NCBI GenBank assembly: GCA_964604995.1
Contig: CAZSAD010000011.1
Location: 1 to 45,515 of the forward strand
Length of the DNA: 45,515 nucleotides
Origin: an uncultured Methanosarcinales archaeon
GTDB taxonomy: Archaea; Nanobdellota; Nanobdellia; Woesearchaeales; JABMPP01
Reading direction: 5' to 3'
Below the pieces are notes generated by a model. The model did not search any database and was not told the origin of the DNA. It saw only the letters and a list, made by a program, of their open reading frames with translations. Numbering within the stretch: the stretch's first letter is position 1; every line of letters starts with the position of its first letter. Below, in pieces: positions 39,001-44,100 of the stretch. The position numbers and the translations under genes were made by a program.

Positions 39001-40081
39001 GATTGGAACTTCAACTAATCAGGATTTTTATATTGGTGCAAATAATAATGGAAGAATTAGAATTTTAAACAATGGAGATGTTGCAATAAATACTGATGAT
39101 ATTTACAATGTTTTAAGTACGGGTTATGTTGGTATTGGAACAACCGTGCCAGGTGCAAAATTAGAAGTTGTTGGAAGCGCAAAATTTTCAAGTGCACCAG
39201 TTCAATTTTATGGACAAGTATATTTCTTTAATGATACTTATTTAACAAATGTTGAAACATTTGATGTTAATGGAAGCATTGTAATTAGAAATATTGGTGG
39301 ATCTGTTGTTGGTAATTGGAGCGATGTTGCTGGAACTGCAAAATTCTACAATAAAGGAGATGCAAATATAACTGGAACATTAGATGCTGCAGATATCAAA
39401 TTAACAAATCTTTATGATAAAGATGGTTCCAATTTCTTTGATACATCTTGCACTTATGGAATTGCAAGTATTGATGCAACTGGTGCATTTACATGCGCAT
39501 CACAGCAAGCACAAGGTGGTGTTGCGGGTAGTGGAAGTTCCGGATACATTGCAATGTGGAATGGAACAAATCAAATTAATAGATCAATGATTTATCAAGG
39601 AGCAAGTGGTGTTGGAATTGGAACAACGACACCAGGACAAAAATTAGTTGTTGTTGGGGATGCTAATGTTACAAATAATATTTTTTATGGTGGCAACTTA
39701 TCTGGATTTGGCGCTGATTTTGCAGAAAGATTCACACAAGCAGAAATTGTTGAAACAGGAGATGTTGTTTGTTTAAATGATGAAATGAATATTATAAAAT
39801 GTTCTATGCATGGGCAAATGTCTGTAACGGGGGTTGTTTCAGAAAAGCCAACAATAATTGGTAACTCACAAGCAGAAAATTCTGTTCCTGTTGGAATTGT
39901 TGGAATTGTAAAAACTAAAGTGGTTGGACCAATAAAAAGATTTGACATGTTAACAACTAGTAATGTAAAAGGTTATGCAGAAAAAGCAAGTAATGATGAT
40001 ATGGGTGCAATACTTGGCAAAGCAATGGAGCCTTGTGAAAATGAAAAATGCACAATCAAAGTGTTAATCGGTTTGAGATAA
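24026..40081 (+). CDS. Giant secreted repetitive fibre/adhesin protein 2 (about 5350 aa) with two LamG-like domains and C-terminal chaperone-like domain
   Basis: Signal-like KRILNFIVVLILIILFANKTLA; 14 GYIAMWN-type blocks plus 3 GN(I/L)TRWN variants; C-terminal GADFAERF..GDVV..GVVSEKP..GAILGKAME. Start is probably the ATG at 24026 or 24056, not the TTG at 23948. Confidence 0.9.
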   Translation: MSENGLHKKLMNNQNFNNGKRILNFIVVLILIILFANKTLAATNLTGIQNLNATGDIIFDQGTFYLNSSSNNIGIGTTSPVGKLHVYDSASAGSGNIVIESAQPQIYFGTTNANTIAVSSNNMYFAANSGWDMIIDSSGRVGIGTTSPGQLLTVKGTANITGATYLGNSLCAAGQVLTTNSATGLISCTAVASASATVGGSGSSGYIAMWNGTNQINSSKIYQSTNGIGIGTTTVPEVLTVNGNISGTVFYDSNNKGYYIDPASTSYINAINTLGSVGIGTTSPSEKLDVNGNLAVRGSNIYLEATNENTSQAGAIDSDVYPYPMRFKINTDATGYGFGWTHRTVADGTESHQMFLETRNTSGYLRVNSVVYIGNMSGTMGGYPSQTLNIKLGGASSSDTSYFNAGNVGIGTTSPGAKLEVVGSAKFSSAPVQFYGQVYFFNDTYLTNVETFDVNGSIVIRNIGGSVVGNWSDVAGTAKFYNKGDANITGTLDAADIKLTNLYDKDGSNFFDTTCTYGIQSIDATGAFTCASAQGSGITGSGTGSASAGNITRWNGTGSITNSILYESSGSVGIGTTSPGYKLEVNGPVNIIGSNPLRINGDWVASSSGTVITLGSNVIDTLKLDTTGSSDVYVVNGSVGIGTTTPTDLLDVFSSTNSIATIRTSTGIAKLALDENDINYGGYIKYNSSTNILSIGTQTGADTDIISIPRGVAGSDNVGIGTTTPQEKLTVNGNISGTVFYDSNNKGYYVDPASTSILNIARITTFYNSSGQTFFSNSCTYGIASISASGVVTCAAQQGSTSATVGGSGSSGYIAMWNGTNQINSSMIYQGGSGVGIGTTTVPEKLTVSGNGYFTGNILGGSGSWSGTTPYVNATYYTGPGAQKINARASGFSTIAGANPTLSFSVIMLAWDNTTTNLTAFCNARINSGWMPQVAIKGNYFSQSFDGNDFWSYSSVITSQSEFDSYRTTGSQWWIACSTLSAWQKLAHTGSGIPNYLTKWSGNYSMTNSLLYDTGIYIGIGTTVPAQLLTVKGTANITGATYLGNSLCAAGQVLTTNSATGLVSCTSSLAGSVSGSGSSGYITMWNGTNQINSSKIYQSTNGIGIGTTTVPEVLTVNGNISGTVFYDSNNKAYYVDPASTSILNIARITTLYNSSGQTFFSNTCTYGIASISATGGVTCASAQGSGIGGSGTGSSSAGNLTRWNATNQIMNSIVYENSGSVGIGSTSPSQKLDVVGSIESSAEVRALTGKFNKILNRQTGNDIVNFGTTDNVGIGTTIPSEKLEVSNGNIRINNGTLYQSAYPNDADIILYLPMTEGSGSIISDRAIYGADGTITSGTWGRGKFGDAINFTTASGYITISDHQYFNSKTNDYSIEGWFLHYNNSNTAHNANSLFVKGADYSTGATNGTRMYITNVDVNRGTLVWEWGGGDGTTDTLSYNYVNHNQWNHYAFVKSSSNFTIYYNGKAVANKISTLNGYINNSQAFSVGRGYGTALLNGSVSQVIIFNRSLTAQEISTQYLHGLQTSSTIIANKYRVLDTSGNRLIEINSTGASINPGGVQRIVIDSSGNVGIGTTAPAQLLTVKGTANITGATYLGNSLCSAGQVLTTNSATGLISCTAVASASATVGGSGSSGYIAMWNNTNQINRSMIYQGASGVGIGTTSPSSLLHISSGTTPTEILQSTGNTGANIDFWAYNRGYVTSRIIGNEGGAVGRGFISFSNRNDAGTMTEAMRIDGQNGNVGIGTTAPAQLLTVKGTANITGATYLGNSLCAAGQVLTTNSATGLISCTAVASASATVGGSGSSGYIAMWNATSQINNSVIFQNGTTGSIGIGTTSPLAKLDINTIGQGRLGLNVKSNMGSSYNTLVLNNTQGDYQGILYRVTGGTGDYLANNVLFDDQRPASSGNIGSFFTIYRSGALTKGNILQVGSDTNANALVVDNQSRVGIGTTAPGTRLEVSGQSRFNSGASFSAIDTGWASSHGYSTGNWGVRLGATGGQGVIQAAQSTTAYNLAIQPYGGNVGIGTTTPSQLLTVAGTANITGATYLGNSLCAAGQVLTTNSATGLISCTAVASASATVGGSGSSGYIAMWNATSQINNSKIYQSTNGIGIGTTTVPEVLTVNGNISASVFYDANNKGYYIDPASTSILNIARITTLYNSSGQTFFSNTCTYGIASISASGTVTCASAQGTGNISGTGSANYLPKFTGAQTIGTSVVTEQTNGTAITVGSYLSGGYSGSNYGSIGYGIAYTSTSSTWNYRNTDTASKLEFASGGFQFDTAPSGSAATPITFTRRLDINVGGNISADSGTLFVDASGDKVGIGTTIPSQKLTVSGTTNITGATYLGNSLCAAGQVLTTNSATGLVSCTSSLSGSVSGSGSSGYIAMWNGTNQINNSMIYQGGSGVGIGTTTPSSKLHVYGGPIRVYDGTYTMSLGIDTGTWRMQTDGTNMRFLDNGNNYAPLQALVGKFEGSGNSYFTGNVGIGSTSPSQKLDVVGNATIRAGSLSRIYMGGTSNDDFGIAYSPSYPNYGFFYKESTTDYVAISPNGGGTSNPVMVVMGNNNVGIGNTAPPEVLTVNGNLSATVFYDSNNKAYNLDPAGTSNLSIVRLATLYNSSGQTFFSNTCTYGIASISASGGVTCASAQGSGITGSGTGSTSAGNITRWNGTGSITNSILYESSGSVGIGTTSPTYQLTTTDNDNYEPTYWNGASNPLLQFQDNGRFSITTSSIYKGLRTQSKNWTYIRIEADLKTTSADHYGFFWSSNSTTIGNDGNSGYKWVFQPTSNTINIRNIGTNSDSYTSSTVYFDEKDGNWHHYVTEITQDGRVKVWVDGIEYVNQYGYYTGQGYVGILSYTGTLEISNFKITSIVGNNNLPMSGNVGIGSTAPPEVLTVNGNISGTVFYDANNKAYYVDPASTSYVNALNTAGRIGVGTTTVPEVLTVNGNLSASVFYDANNKAYYVDPASTTILNIARITTLYNSTGQTFFSTTCTYGIASISATGGVTCATQQGSTSATVGGSGSSGYIAMWNGTNQINRSMIYQGGSGVGIGTTTPQSKLEVVGSANISGDLIVDGGDITNGNVGIDIGEASTLGALFTETTDNAYFEFTCADSGGNDLCEFKSGIYNNGATFYNQNSLVQRGVISNDGAAYVQINGGTSGYTYFNGRIGVGTSIPPEIVTVNGNLSATAFYDSDNKAYNVDPAGTSNLSTIRLTTLYNSSGQTFFSNTCTYGIASISAIGTVTCASAQGSGSVNSGAANKVAYYPSAGTTVDDLTGSANGALYYDGSINIQSGTLPVVSGGTGVTTSTGSGNVVLSASPTLTGTVIASAITASSTLTMSGSAANIALGSNYLSGDGGDEGIYIDSTGKVGIGTSSPSEMLDIRGRATFNNNVITNVVMWPNVYDQGSNRTVRNMILNSDDLLAFATERGYSVTSNRAPSSGSLAYMFRPERGSGYPTWTDVSESNPVEINISGLPNLAVDRMIIVPASRNRMPINYSVTTYDIYNGVVVRRNVTGETGSYIKYIDLNLQEGVQWIFIRITQSGDSDATNTSAIANIVMTSRYQAGRFTGYAVSAGGDSIFGNLGIRIVSPTTSLHVNGSVSMISSSGTQGFYQDTSANVGIGTTIPSQKLTVSGTANVTGATYLGNSLCAAGQVLTTNSATGLVSCTSSLAGSVGGSGSSGYIAMWNGTNQINSSKIYQSTNGIGIGTTTVPEVLTVNGNISATILYDANNKAYYVDPASTSYVNALNTAGAVSIGTTTSVSTLTVRGNISSSTDYGHPKIVLDSTSSGDDWQAQGAHISIGESGDLGSAALHLTYVGNGYSYIGSGTVTSGIPAYSYLRFAYNTKDIYSDSNITTWGVKLNNLYDQDGSNFFDTTCPYGIASIDSTGAFTCASQQGSGIGGSGSSGYIAMWNGTSQINNSMIYQGGSGVGIGTTSPSYKLDVMGTGRVAGNFYTQNIYKNTTSVPIEINAGHDASKALRVYYDMDLYNTLTFTDSSWTSQGSISGSSGNIGIDANGGYVYIPDNLGVGITNPGQKLTVSGTANITGATYLGNSLCAAGQVLTTNSATGLVSCTSSLSGSVSGSGSSGYIALWNGTSQINNSMIYQGGSGVGIGTTSPVGKLQINAIDEDYTFPNPGTSARGAIFIKSTTSDKETGITFSSAASDNAQAGIYVHQDNSAGTHMYLATTDSYATGPQTRIAILNNGRIGVGTTAPQNKLDVEGAAVIGATYSGTNTAPSNGLLVEGNVGIATTTAPEVLTVNGNISGTVFYDSNNKAYYVDPASTTILNIARITTFYNSSGQTFFSNTCTYGIASISASGAVTCASQQGSTSATVGGSGSSGYLAMWNNTNQINSSKIYQTTNGIGIGTTTVPEVLTVNGNLSASVFYDSNNKGYYVDPANSGTSILTAGKVGIGTTSPTQMLEVVGNATITNGSLYQTVYSNDESLIGYWPFSEGTGTTTYDRSMKGYDGTFTGAPVWTNGKYGNAILFDGIDDGIDIAETNFNTTYNYTMEAWIKPIGAHLHYTGTIISSGNWNIAHWALGVGQTNNYLEFRNPDGTTTYGGIQKTYNFALNQWNHVVVTRNIGTVKFYVNGNLIGTSSVGSTYPLNTTYSNTMIGRETYAGGYFAFNGSIDEVKVYKTALSDDEIRAHYIRGKTSGIIVSDEFKVLNSTYSELMRISTLGNVGIGTTTVPEKLTVNGNISGTVFYDANNKAYYVDPASTTILNIARITTLYNSSGQTFFSNTCTYGIASISAIGTVTCAAQQGSTSATVGGSGSSGYIAMWNATSQINSSKIYQTANGVGIGTTTVPEVLTVNGNTSATVFYDANNKGYYVDPANSGTSILTAGNVGIGTTTPSDKLNVIGNIKHTGNLISQGANYNSTWMQFDQDVNGNSVILGAGGLTAIGAGESASQVKANVAASTETLYLSSDNDIRFETSVQNGWATRIDAMTITTVGNVGIGTTSPSVKLDVYNATGNVIQYVRSGSGVTVQTVAQGSSYGWIGTSTNQDFYIGANNNGRIRILNNGDVAINTDDIYNVLSTGYVGIGTTVPGAKLEVVGSAKFSSAPVQFYGQVYFFNDTYLTNVETFDVNGSIVIRNIGGSVVGNWSDVAGTAKFYNKGDANITGTLDAADIKLTNLYDKDGSNFFDTSCTYGIASIDATGAFTCASQQAQGGVAGSGSSGYIAMWNGTNQINRSMIYQGASGVGIGTTTPGQKLVVVGDANVTNNIFYGGNLSGFGADFAERFTQAEIVETGDVVCLNDEMNIIKCSMHGQMSVTGVVSEKPTIIGNSQAENSVPVGIVGIVKTKVVGPIKRFDMLTTSNVKGYAEKASNDDMGAILGKAMEPCENEKCTIKVLIGLR
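25268..25545 (+). repeat. 278-bp cassette duplicated at 39149-39426 within giant 2
   Basis: Manual alignment shows 3 mismatches, all synonymous. Confidence 0.9.
27938..28580 (+). other. LamG/concanavalin-A-like domain within giant 2
   Basis: LYLPMTEGSGSIISD..GKFGDAINF..YSIEGWF..WNHYAFV..NGSVSQVIIFNRSLTAQEI. Confidence 0.8.
36356..36491 (+). repeat. Cassette of at least 136 bp shared between giant 2 and giant 3 (45380-45515, truncated by the window end)
   Basis: Manual alignment shows 2 synonymous mismatches. Confidence 0.9.
37328..37955 (+). other. Second LamG/concanavalin-A-like domain within giant 2
   Basis: LIGYWPFSEGTGTTTYD..GKYGNAILFDG..TMEAWIKP..WNHVVVTR..FNGSIDEVKVYKTALSDDEI. Confidence 0.85.
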
Positions 40082-40723
40082 ATGAAAGAGAAAAATATAA
40101 ATAAGGGAATAGAAAATGTATACCCAATTATGGGTGATATTACTCAAAATTGGGTAGATAGTTTAGTTCCTTATACTAAAGACTACAGTGCAAAACTTTC
40201 AGGTAGTGAAATTTCTAAACTTACAAAAATACCTCAACAGAGCGTTTCAAGAAATTTAAATGCGATGGTTGATAAAAATATATTAAAGTATAATATGTTA
40301 GGTAAAAATAAACTTTTTTATTTTGACTTGAAGGATACAAATACAAAAATGTTATTTAATTTAATTGAAAACAGTAATTCAATGAATTTTTTGTATTTCA
40401 ATTCTGAAATAAAACCAATTATTCAAGAATTACTTTTTGGATGCGAAACAATTATTGTTTTTGGAAGTTATGCAAAAAATAATGCCAATAAATCTTCAGA
40501 TATAGATATAGTAATACTTGGAAAAACAGATAAGAATTACATAAAAAAAATAAAAGAAAGATATCCTTTTGAAATAAATGAAAAATATACAAATTATAAA
40601 GAATTTGCAACTTTGCTTAATAATAAAAATGCTCTTGTTCTTGAAATATATTCAAACCATTTAATATTTGGGAACATATCAAAAATTGTTGATATATTTT
40701 TGAGGTATAGAAATGACAAGTGA
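40082..40723 (+). CDS. MNT nucleotidyltransferase with N-terminal winged HTH
   Basis: SGSEISKLTKIPQQSVSRNLN HTH; FGSYAKNNANKSSDIDIV motif. The true start may be the ATG at 40130, after TATAAATA at 40096-40103. Confidence 0.9.
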   Translation: MKEKNINKGIENVYPIMGDITQNWVDSLVPYTKDYSAKLSGSEISKLTKIPQQSVSRNLNAMVDKNILKYNMLGKNKLFYFDLKDTNTKMLFNLIENSNSMNFLYFNSEIKPIIQELLFGCETIIVFGSYAKNNANKSSDIDIVILGKTDKNYIKKIKERYPFEINEKYTNYKEFATLLNNKNALVLEIYSNHLIFGNISKIVDIFLRYRNDK

Positions 40724-41159
40724 TAAAATTCGTTGGTGCTTAAAAAAGAAAGTTGGACTTAAAGTCATTTCTCCGAATTTACATATTAGTGAATCCTACA
40801 TGCAAGAAGCCAATGATACTTTTGATAGTATGTTAAATACAAAAGGTAAATGGAAAGTAATAATGGCATATTACTCAAGTTATAATGCTCTGTATTCTAT
40901 ACTGATGAAATGTGGAATAAGTTCAGAAAATCATGAATGCACAATTGAAATGATGAAGATGTTAGGATTCTCAGAAAAAAATTGTAATTATATGAAAGAG
41001 TTGAAACACAAAAGAATAGATGTTCAGTATTATTTGAAAAAAATCGAGCTTGGTGAAACAATTGGAGTAAAATTAATTTTAAATGAATGCAAAAAAATTT
41101 TAGTTTCTTTAAGTGATAAACAAATAGCTAATATTAGAGAAGAATTGTGCAAAAAATGA
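40713..41159 (+). CDS. HEPN domain protein
   Basis: AYYSSYNALYSIL..GISSENHECT..RIDVQYY; overlaps MNT2. Confidence 0.82.
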   Translation: MTSDKIRWCLKKKVGLKVISPNLHISESYMQEANDTFDSMLNTKGKWKVIMAYYSSYNALYSILMKCGISSENHECTIEMMKMLGFSEKNCNYMKELKHKRIDVQYYLKKIELGETIGVKLILNECKKILVSLSDKQIANIREELCKK

Positions 41160-44100
41160 AGAATAAAAAATTAAGATGGAATTTGAATAGCTTATTCTTA
41201 ATAATTATATTAATGTTATTTACAAATATTGCTTTTGCTAGTATTGATACAATTAATACAATTAATGGACAAAATCAAAGTATTGGAAATAGCAATCAAT
41301 TATTTATTGATAATACTGGAAATAAAGTTGGCATTGGAACAACAAAACCTGCTGCAAAATTAGAAATAAGTGGAAGTGACCCCTTATTAAGATTGACGGG
41401 AGGTTCGAATATTCAATCTGACTCTACTTTTAGTTTTTTAACAACTGGAAATAGTGCACAGACTGCAAGATTTGCAGGATTATTAGTTGGTACATCTTAT
41501 GATTCCACTCCTTCGAATGGAGAGTTAAGAACTAGTAGTAATCAAAATTTAATATTGAATGCACGTGGAACTGGGATAGTATATTTTCAAACTGCAGATG
41601 CGACTAAGATGACAATATTAAATAATGGCAATGTTGGGATTGGTTCAACAACACCACCAGAAGTTTTAACAGTGAATGGAAATATTTCTGGAACAGTATT
41701 TTATGATGCAAATAATAAAGCATATTATGTTGATCCTGCATCGACATCAATATTAAACATTGCAAGAATTACAACACTTTACAATTCAACTGGACAAACA
41801 TTCTTTTCAACTGCTTGCACTTATGGAATTGCATCAATTTCTGCGAGTGGTGCAGTTACATGTGCAAGTGCACAAGGAAGCACAAGTGCAACAGTTGGTG
41901 GCTCTGGAAGTTCTGGATACATTGCAATGTGGAATGGAACATCACAAATTAATAATTCAATGATTTATCAAGGAGGATCGGGTGTTGGAATTGGAACGAC
42001 AAGTCCAGGCGCGAAATTAGTAGTTTTACAACCTTGGACTTCATCAAATACAACAGCATTCATTGTAAATATGAGTGGAGGATCAACAGCAAATTATCAA
42101 AGATATATTGGTACACATTCTTATATGTATACAAATCAAAATTGGGTAAACTTAGATATGATTAACATGCTTGCTGAAAGTTATTTTGGAGGAAGATTAG
42201 CAACAGTTAATATGTATGGATTATTAACCAACTTAACATATACACAAGATTACGCGACTGGATCTAGTCCAATCGGTAATATGTATGGAGTTTATGCACA
42301 AAGTAATATTAATTACAATGTCAATAGTTCCCCACTACAAAATGCATACGCATTTTATGGAAAGGGAATTTATATTAATAGTTCATTAACCAATGTTACA
42401 AATTATTATGGATTATATTTGAGTGCACCATCTGGTGCAGGAAACCCAATTAACAAATATGCAATAATTACTGAAGCTAATTCGGGAAATGTTGGAATTG
42501 GTTCAACGACACCACAAGAAGTTTTAACAGTGAATGGAAATATTTCCGGAACAGTATTTTATGATGCAAATAATAAAGGGTATTATGTTGATCCAGCAAC
42601 AACATCAATATTAAACATTGCGAGAATTACAACACTTTACAATTCATCAGGACAAACATTTTTCTCTAATTCTTGTACTTATGGAATTGCATCAATTTCT
42701 GCGAGTGGTGCAGTTACATGCGCAAGCCAACAAGGAAGCACAAGTGCGACAGTTGGCGGTTCTGGAAGTTCTGGTTACATTGCAATGTGGAATGGAACTA
42801 ATCAAATTAATTCATCAAAAATTTATCAAAATACAAATGGAATTGGAATTGGAACAACAACTGTACCAGAAGTTTTAACAGTTAATGGAAATTTATCTGC
42901 AGGTGTATTTTATGATGCAAATAATAAAGCGTATTATGTTGATCCATCAAATAGTGCAACATCAATACTTACTGCAGGAAAAGTTGGAATTGGAACAACG
43001 AATCCCACTCTTTCCACATTACAAGTTAATGGTAGCTACAACGTTCCAATTATTACAGTTGCAAATGCAGGGGCTAATGCAGCTGGTTTAGGCATAGACT
43101 CCGCTGCAACTTACTGGGGGACCTCTTTGTTCCAGAGCACAAATAAAGTTTTTACTGTAGAGTCAAATTATGGACTCTTAGTTGGTTCTGGATACCAGAG
43201 TAGTAATGCACCGGCCAATGGAGCAATAATAGAGGGTAACATCGGCATTGGCACAACAAGTCCAAGTTATAAGTTAGATGTTTGGAACTCAACTAGATTA
43301 TATTCTGCAAGTGATTATCAACTTACTTTACAAAGCCCAAATACTTGGGCAGGTATATATTTTGTAGATGTTAATGGTGGAGATTATATGTGGTTCTCTG
43401 GTTCTTCAAAAACATGGTCGCTTGGTGGTGGAGGATCAACTACTGCTGGTAAAAAATTATCAATATATGGAAGTACGTCTATTGGAGAGGGTTATAATTC
43501 AAATTCTCCACCTGCAAATGGAACAATAATACAAGGAAGTGTTGGAATTGGAACAACAACTGTACCTGAAGTTTTAACAGTGAATGGAAATATTTCTGGA
43601 ACAGTATTTTATGATTCTAATAATAAAGCATATTATGTTGATCCTGCTTCGACTACAATATTAAATATTGCAAGAATTACAACACTTTACAATTCAACTG
43701 GACAAACATTCTTTTCAACTGCTTGCACTTATGGAATTGCATCAATTTCTGCGAGTGGTGCAGTTACATGTGCAAGTGCACAAGGAAGTGGAATTACTGG
43801 AAGTGGAACATCAGGCAATATTACAAAATGGACTGGAACATCATCAATTGGAAATAGTATATTGTATGAAAGTAGTGGAAATATTGGCATTGGAACAACA
43901 AGTCCATCTACACAATTTCAGGTATCTAAAGATACAACAATAGCTGGATCTATTTATGGACCCGCTCCACATAATTTAGCTCAAATACACCCATATATTA
44001 CAAATACAAGCATACAAAATTTATTCGGTACAACTTCTGTCGGAGTTTATAATAATCAAAGCACAAAATCTGGACCTATATTAACTTTTAATGGAGGAGT

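Noticed and set aside
25268..39426. Diversity-generating retroelement TR/VR pair
   Set aside because: The differences are few, synonymous and not adenine-specific; both copies are coding; no reverse transcriptase is in the window.
11975..41158. All three giants lie in the same reading frame (possible read-through fusion)
   Set aside because: Stop codons and other genes intervene, and this has a 1-in-9 chance of occurring by coincidence.
40061..41159. Direct repeat around the second MNT-HEPN, like the one around the first
   Set aside because: I found no copy of the giant 2 3' end near the HEPN2 stop.
12592..43943. Many 60-140 aa alternative-frame and antisense ORFs inside the giants (e.g. 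the MQELQHFT.. family)
   Set aside because: They are shadows of the repeated constant blocks and biased codon usage, with no independent coding signal.
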